NCBI GenBank assembly: GCA_037129475.1
Contig: JBAXUY010000003.1
Location: 8,398-72,397 of the forward strand
From: Planctomycetia bacterium
Lineage (GTDB): Bacteria > Planctomycetota > Planctomycetia > Pirellulales > UBA1268
Direction: 5' to 3'
Length of the DNA: 64,000 bases
Position numbers and translations under genes: made by a program. Position 1 is the stretch's first letter. Every line of letters starts with the position of its first letter. Positions 58,793 to 64,000 of this stretch are shown piece by piece. Below the pieces are notes generated by a model. It did not search any database and had not been told where the DNA came from. It saw only the letters and a program-made list of their open reading frames with translations.

Positions 58793-61700
58793 CTACCGGG
58801 CAACGGCGGTCATGCGATCGCGTTGTCGCTGTCTCCAGGCGGTCCAGCCAGCCATCGCAGCGCCGATGCCCGCGAGACCGATCGCCCCTGGTTCGGGAAC
58901 AATGATGAGTTCGAGGCCAGTGCCCGCGCTGTTGACCTTCACCGACATGTCGCTCACGGAAGGCTTCGCGCCCTGCCAGTTGGCAAGATTGAGCGTGAAC
59001 AGATTGGTGAGGTCGGTGCCCGCGGCGGTCGAGAACCCCGTGGCACCCGCGAAACTCGCGATGAGAAACTGGTAGGTCGAGCCCTGAATATATTCACTTG
59101 CCAACGGCCCCGGGATATTTCCCGCGGTCAGCGTGGTGAGGTCGAGGTTGAACCTGCTCGCACTCGACAGGCCCGAGAGATCGAGCACGCCGCCCGTGAC
59201 GTTGAGGAGATCCCAGTTCGTGCCGGCCGTTCCCGTGAGGGCATTGAGCTCCCACACGTAGGTGCCGCCCGGATTGAAGGCGAGGCCGGCGGAAAACGCT
59301 TGTGTGCCGGGCGAATTGCCGGGGGACAGGATGGCGTTGGTGCCGACGGCGACGCTCGAGCCGATCGTGCCCGTGCCGGAGAGCGTGCCTCCGGACCCGC
59401 TGAACGTGATCCCCGACGACAGCGTCGTGGCCGAGTTGTATTTGAAGTCGCCGCCGTTGATCGTGATGCCGCTCGTGCTGTTGATCCTGCCGGTCGAGCC
59501 GATGTCAAGGCGACCGCCGGAGATCAAGGTCGCGCCGGTGTAGCCATTCGAGCCCGAGAGGGTGAAGACACCCGTTCCCACTTTCGTGAAAGAAGTCGTG
59601 GCCGACGTCGTGACGATGGACCCGGCAAACTCGGTCGACGTATTCAGGCCGCCGACGACGTACGTGACGGCTCCATTTCCGCCGCGGAGCGCACTGAACT
59701 GGTTGCCGGAAAGCTCGCCGATGGCCGCGTTGCCGACGTAGCCATCCTGCAGGTATGCCGCCAGCGAACTCGTTGACGTGCCCACGAGATTGACGCGGGC
59801 GTTGGTCATCTGGGTCGCGGGCCGAAATTCGCCGGCCGTCACGTTGACCTGGCCACTGAAGCTGTCGAACGAGCCGAGGAGAATCGCTCCGGGCGAGGCA
59901 TCCGCCGAAGTGATCGTCAGCGTGCCGGATCCGATCACTGGGGCAGCGCTGGACAGGTTATTGCCACTGAATCCGATCTGCGTAGAGCCGGTCACGTTGA
60001 GCGTGTTCGCAACGACGAGATTCGCCAGGTTGAGCCGGCCGCCGGCGAGCGTCGTGGTTCCGGTGCCAAGCGCCCGCGCATTGCCGAGCGTGATCGTGCC
60101 CGAGCTGAGCGTCACGCCGCCGGTGAACGAGTTGCTGCTGGAAAGCGTCAGATTTCCGGCGCCGGCCTTCGTGAGGCTGCCAGCCCCGGACAGGAGTCCG
60201 GAGAACGAGGTCGAGCCGCCATTGCCACCCACGGTGAGAGCGATTGCCGCCGGGCTTCCGGCGTTGTTGAGCAGGCTGATCGCTCCGCTGCCGCTCAGCC
60301 CGCCAAGCGTGAAGGCATTTCCGCCGACCGCGCTGTCGAAGGCGACCCCGCCGGTCGCCAGCGTGCTGTTTTGCAGTGCATTGGCGTCGGAAAGCAAGAG
60401 CGTGCCCGCGCTCACCGTCGTGGTGCCGCCGAACGAATTGGCGACCGCCAGCCGGAGCGTTCCAGCGCCCGTCTTCGTGAGCCCCCCGGACGAGCCGGCG
60501 ACTGCGCCGCCGAGCGATGCATCCACCGCCGCCGTGCCGTCGTCGACCTGTACCGTCCGCACGGCGCCGTTCAAATCGATCGGGTTTTGCAGCGTGATCG
60601 TCCGGTCTGCGGTTGTGGCGCCAAGCACGAGTGCGGAGCCGTTCGGCACGAAATTTCCGGAAGCCCACGTGACGGTGGCCGAGGAGCCGCCGAGGTTGAC
60701 CGCACGATCGGCGGTGTAGGCTGCGAAACCGCCGGCTCCCGTCCACTGCACCGCGGACGATCCCGTGCCGAGCGGCCTCAGGAAGTCGCCGTTGCCGAGG
60801 CCGACCATGCCGCCATTGATCGTCAGGCCGCTCGACCCACTGCTCGCTCCGATGCCTCCGGGCAGGGCGAACGCCGAGTCGAGCCGCAACACGCCGTTGG
60901 CCGCGGTCGTCGTACCGGTGTAGGAGTTGCTGCCGGAGAGCGTCCACGTGCCGGATCCGGATTTTTGGATGCTCGTGGCGGTAGAGGTGCCATTGTTCGT
61001 GATCGTGCCCGCGAAGACTGCATTCGTGTTGGCATACCCAACGTCAAAGGTCACCGTGCCATTGCCCGTGCGGAGCGTCGTGCCAGCCGAACCGGACACC
61101 GCCCCCAGTTGCTGCGTCCCATTGAGGCCCTCTCGTGTGGCCACCGTATTTCCCCGCAGGTCGATCTTCTGGTTTTGCCAATTTGGGCCTCCTGAGGCGA
61201 GCCGCACGGCATCCGCGCTACTCGAGGCATTCAGGATGATCGTGCCGCTGTAACTGGCGACGTTCTGGCTCAAAAACAAGGCATTCGTTCCCACGAAGCT
61301 GACGTCCGCACTTCCGCTCAACGCGCCGGAATAGGTGTTCGGATAACCGTAGGCGATGGTCAACGGCCCATTGACCGCGATCGGATTGGTAACGGAGCCG
61401 ACGCCCAGCGAACTCGAGTTCAGCGTTCCTCCGTTGGTCGTCAGCGTACCCGACCCCAAAGCATTGAAACTGCCAATTGTGAGCGTTCCCGAGTTGAGCG
61501 TCACGCCGCCGGTAAACGAATTGCTGCTGGACAGCGTGAGTCCGCCGCTGCCGTTCTTGACCAGCGCGAGGCCGCCCCCACCCGCGCCATCCGCCAGCGT
61601 ACCGCTGAACGTCGTGGTCGTGTTGTCGCCTCCGACCGTGAACGATGCAGCCGAGGCGTTTGCGTTTTCCACGGTGCCGCCCGCGCCGGCCAGCGAGCCC

Positions 61701-63322
61701 GCGGTCGTGTTGAAGCCGGCGAGACGAAGTGTGCTCCCCGCCCCCACCGTAACGGCGGAATTACTCCCAAGCGCTGACGTGGCGACTCCGACCTGCAGAA
61801 TGCCGCCGCTGATCGTCGTGGCGCCGGAGTAGCTATTTGACCCTGAAAGGAGGAGCGTTCCCACGCTCGACTTGACCAGCGATCCGCTGCCTGAGATCGC
61901 GCCGGACAGCGTCTGGTTGGCGGACGAACTGACGACCAGCGCCGCCGAGGTGCCGACCATCGAAATCTGCTGGCCATATGCGCCGCCACCGAGCACGCCG
62001 GCGCCGCCGATGCTCAGCGTGCCGGCGTTGATCGTCGTGGGGCCGGTGTAGGTGTTGGTGCCCGTGAGCGACAACGTGCCGCTCCCCGACTTCGTGAGGG
62101 CTACATTATTTGCGTTCGCGGCGGTGCCGCCGAGGATACCGGCGAACGTGTTCGTGCCGGAGGCGAGGTTGACGGTGAGTGTGCTCGTGCCCGTTGCGCC
62201 GCCGCGGACGAAGACGTTTGTCGCCGATGAAATCAGGCCGGCGATCGTCTGGTTCGACGCTGCGGAAGAGCCGGAGTACGTGCCGCCCAGCACGAGTCCA
62301 TTCTGGGTTGTGGTGGCATTCATCTGTACGACCGTGCTGGTCGGCAGCCGATCGTTGCCACCGTCGAGGATTACGCTCGCGTCTAAGCCACCAACCAAAC
62401 CCAGAGTTGTCGTGCCGGTATAGGTGGACTGGCCCAGAAGGACCGTCGTGCCCCGATTTCCCAAAAAGAGACTCCTCGCCCCGCCCGACTCCACAATCCC
62501 CTTCGTGATCGTGATCGTCTGACTCGAGTTTGCCGTGATGCCCCCGTCCGCGGCCAGGGTGATCGTGCCGGTGAGCGTCGGACTTCCCTGCCGAGGCTGG
62601 AGGTTGGTGTTTGAGTTGAGCACGATGTTGTTCGTATACGTGCCCGTGTTCATCTGCCAGATGGTGCCATTCTTCAGATCGAGCGTCACGTTGGCGATGG
62701 CCGAAGGAGTGGCATTGAATTCGAGCGAGCCCGTCACCGTGAGCGTGCCCGTGAGGTTGTTGTTGGTGCCGGTGAGATTGATGCCCGGCGTTCCCGTGGC
62801 ACCCGTGATTCGATCGAGCGTGAGGTTTGATCCGACCAGCGTCGAATTGATCAGGGGAGCCCCCGGACCGAAAGTGTTGGATGTAGAGGCCGACGTTCCG
62901 GCGACGAGGATCTTGTTGCCGGTGCCGATGCCGATCGTGCCGCCCGTGAGGGTGTAGCGGGCGCCGGGAGCAGTGGTGCCGCTCACGGAGAGCGTGTTGA
63001 AGATCAGGCCGCTCGTGCCGACGCTGCCGCTCACCGTGACCGTCGTGCCGGTGCCCGTGGGCGTGCCGAAGGCGGCGATGTTCAGCGGTGAGGCGGCATT
63101 ATTCCACGCTGCCGTGCCGCTGCCGGTCCACCAGTTCGAATTGCTCGTGCTCCACGTGCCGACGCCGTCGGACGGGCCGGAGCCGGATCCGAGGGCGTTC
63201 CACGTCCACGTCGATTGGGCGAACGCGGTGCCTCCGCCGAAGGCCACGAGCGCGGCCGTCGCGAACCACATGACGAATTGCCTCGCACGGGTATGCCGCT
63301 GCCATCGCTGGATCAGTCGCAT
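58793..63322 (-). CDS. Giant autotransporter-associated beta-strand repeat (PATR) protein with PEP-CTERM sorting signal
   Basis: 1509 aa. Signal peptide; dozens of G[15 protein letters not shown](I/V)-x-x-G-T-L type repeats. C-terminus [32 protein letters not shown] (VPEP + TM + basic). Confidence 0.87.
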   Translation of the reverse strand: MRLIQRWQRHTRARQFVMWFATAALVAFGGGTAFAQSTWTWNALGSGSGPSDGVGTWSTSNSNWWTGSGTAAWNNAASPLNIAAFGTPTGTGTTVTVSGSVGTSGLIFNTLSVSGTTAPGARYTLTGGTIGIGTGNKILVAGTSASTSNTFGPGAPLINSTLVGSNLTLDRITGATGTPGINLTGTNNNLTGTLTVTGSLEFNATPSAIANVTLDLKNGTIWQMNTGTYTNNIVLNSNTNLQPRQGSPTLTGTITLAADGGITANSSQTITITKGIVESGGARSLFLGNRGTTVLLGQSTYTGTTTLGLVGGLDASVILDGGNDRLPTSTVVQMNATTTQNGLVLGGTYSGSSAASNQTIAGLISSATNVFVRGGATGTSTLTVNLASGTNTFAGILGGTAANANNVALTKSGSGTLSLTGTNTYTGPTTINAGTLSIGGAGVLGGGAYGQQISMVGTSAALVVSSSANQTLSGAISGSGSLVKSSVGTLLLSGSNSYSGATTISGGILQVGVATSALGSNSAVTVGAGSTLRLAGFNTTAGSLAGAGGTVENANASAASFTVGGDNTTTTFSGTLADGAGGGGLALVKNGSGGLTLSSSNSFTGGVTLNSGTLTIGSFNALGSGTLTTNGGTLNSSSLGVGSVTNPIAVNGPLTIAYGYPNTYSGALSGSADVSFVGTNALFLSQNVASYSGTIILNASSSADAVRLASGGPNWQNQKIDLRGNTVATREGLNGTQQLGAVSGSAGTTLRTGNGTVTFDVGYANTNAVFAGTITNNGTSTATSIQKSGSGTWTLSGSNSYTGTTTAANGVLRLDSAFALPGGIGASSGSSGLTINGGMVGLGNGDFLRPLGTGSSAVQWTGAGGFAAYTADRAVNLGGSSATVTWASGNFVPNGSALVLGATTADRTITLQNPIDLNGAVRTVQVDDGTAAVDASLGGAVAGSSGGLTKTGAGTLRLAVANSFGGTTTVSAGTLLLSDANALQNSTLATGGVAFDSAVGGNAFTLGGLSGSGAISLLNNAGSPAAIALTVGGNGGSTSFSGLLSGAGSLTKAGAGNLTLSSSNSFTGGVTLSSGTITLGNARALGTGTTTLAGGRLNLANLVVANTLNVTGSTQIGFSGNNLSSAAPVIGSGTLTITSADASPGAILLGSFDSFSGQVNVTAGEFRPATQMTNARVNLVGTSTSSLAAYLQDGYVGNAAIGELSGNQFSALRGGNGAVTYVVGGLNTSTEFAGSIVTTSATTSFTKVGTGVFTLSGSNGYTGATLISGGRLDIGSTGRINSTSGITINGGDFKYNSATTLSSGITFSGSGGTLSGTGTIGSSVAVGTNAILSPGNSPGTQAFSAGLAFNPGGTYVWELNALTGTAGTNWDLLNVTGGVLDLSGLSSASRFNLDLTTLTAGNIPGPLASEYIQGSTYQFLIASFAGATGFSTAAGTDLTNLFTLNLANWQGAKPSVSDMSVKVNSAGTGLELIIVPEPGAIGLAGIGAAMAGWTAWRQRQRDRMTAVAR

Positions 63323-63545
63323 GGAAAACTCCTCATGGCCTCTCGCCCCGCCAACCCATAAAGCACGTGCTACCCCAGTCTAGCAACAGCCTTTCTCCCG
63401 CGTCAGGATCGTTTTTTATGATTTAGCCTACGGGTTGTTCGATTTCCCGCGGTTCGGTCTCAAGCCGTGGAAGCAGGAATCTCGATCCCCCGTAGCCTTT
63501 TCAACCCCAAGCTACCCCGTTACGGTACCGCCTGGCTAGAAAACA

Positions 63546-63559
63546 TGCAAACGATAGCA
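63546..63559. promoter_or_regulatory. LacI-family-type operator candidate TGCAAACGATAGCA
   Basis: Matches 9 of 10 fixed positions of the generic TGnAAnCGnTTnCA pattern. It abuts the A/T box upstream of the GH2-like gene. Confidence 0.3.
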
Positions 63560-63585
63560 TTTTATATTTTATATGAAAGTATAAC
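63558..63585 (+). promoter_or_regulatory. A/T box CATTTTATATTTTATATGAAAGTATAAC
   Basis: Read directly, ~130-155 nt upstream of the GTG at 63714. It shares the ATTTTATAT core with the other two boxes. Confidence 0.3.
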
Positions 63586-63713
63586 GCTTCGCCGGTCGTT
63601 CGTGGCTTCTGATGCGGCCAGGAGTAGGCTCGCGGGTACTCCCAAGCATCGTGACGTGCCTTATCGGCCGGCCCTGCCCCCCACCACGGGGGTTCCTGAG
63701 AGAGACTCACGCG

Positions 63714-64000
63714 GTGAATAGCCCTTTTCCCCTTGGCAAAGCGCTCTGCTGCGCCGTTTTGTACTTCGTGCCAGTGCATGCCCTCCAGGGAGCATTCGCC
63801 GGTGGTGCGGAGGAGCATGAGGCGATCATCCTCTCGGGCAGGGACTGGCGGCTTCACGACGACAACAAAGCCACTGGGGTGCAGGAGCGGATGTTCGTCG
63901 CCGACCCGGCCTCGGCGGGCTGGATTCCTGCCACCGTGCCCGGCAATGTCCAGGCCGACCTGGAGGCAGCCCATCGGCTGATGCCGCTGTCGTACGGGGC
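63714..64000 (+). CDS. Glycoside hydrolase family 2-like protein, N-terminal fragment (runs off the window)
   Basis: My own translation from GTG 63714 gives (M)NSPFPLGKALCCAVLYFVPVHALQGAFAGGAEEHEAIILSGRDWRLHDDNKATGVQERMFVADPASAGWIPATVPGNVQADLEAAHRLMPLSYG. The W..A.VPG.V..DL...YG pattern is typical of GH2 N-termini. Open-ended, so absent from the ORF track. Confidence 0.45.
   Translation, partial: MNSPFPLGKALCCAVLYFVPVHALQGAFAGGAEEHEAIILSGRDWRLHDDNKATGVQERMFVADPASAGWIPATVPGNVQADLEAAHRLMPLSYG

Noticed and set aside
38500-64000. By eye, DNA after ~38.5 kb seems somewhat less GC-rich than the first 38 kb, which could indicate an island boundary near the deletion scar.
   Set aside because: My spot counts of individual 60-nt lines overlapped between the two halves. 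I cannot compute windowed GC or codon statistics here, so the claim is not supportable. A sliding-window GC/GC3 plot would settle it.

Overview
High-GC chromosomal segment, almost certainly from a Planctomycetota (Pirellulales-like) genome. The lineage call rests on hallmark families read from the translations: a PSCyt/DUF1549/DUF1553 + DUF1501 pair, DUF1552, a DUF1559 protein with a prepilin-type N-terminus, a PVC-type CxxCH dehydrogenase-like giant, DUF1080, several Cys-type sulfatases, and a PEP-CTERM/PATR giant. The first ~19 kb is housekeeping: groEL-groES-groEL, a DEAD-box helicase, an M42 peptidase, a hom/iPGM-like homoserine kinase/aspartokinase/HIT operon, and valS. The remainder is carbohydrate- and sulfated-glycan-oriented accessory content with four local regulators (XylR/AraC-type, LacI, GntR, plus a decayed XylR copy). 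I found no rRNA, tRNA, CRISPR, prophage or recognisable defence system. Sequence-level items that gene calls do not explain: (1) a 55-bp double-hairpin REP-like element at three loci, once as a 4-copy 60-bp-period array, with termini that supply the TAG stops of two genes; (2) a single-gene HUH/Y1 (RAYT/IS200-like) element with hairpin-bearing inverted ends and a 10-bp flanking direct repeat, sitting between two convergent stop codons; (3) a deletion scar joining the 5' end of a sugar-isomerase paralog to the 3' end of a XylR paralog; (4) a near-consensus sigma-54 promoter upstream of groEL-2; (5) three 100% A/T boxes sharing ATTTTATAT upstream of catabolic genes; (6) a translationally coupled secreted four-gene operon (beta-sandwich protein, sulfatase, YHYH-PEBP fusion, sulfatase) whose products all carry Gly/Arg/Pro-rich segments. 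All function calls come from motif and family recall on the supplied translations; no searches were run. Many long ORFs in the track are antisense or out-of-frame artefacts of high GC and were discarded.
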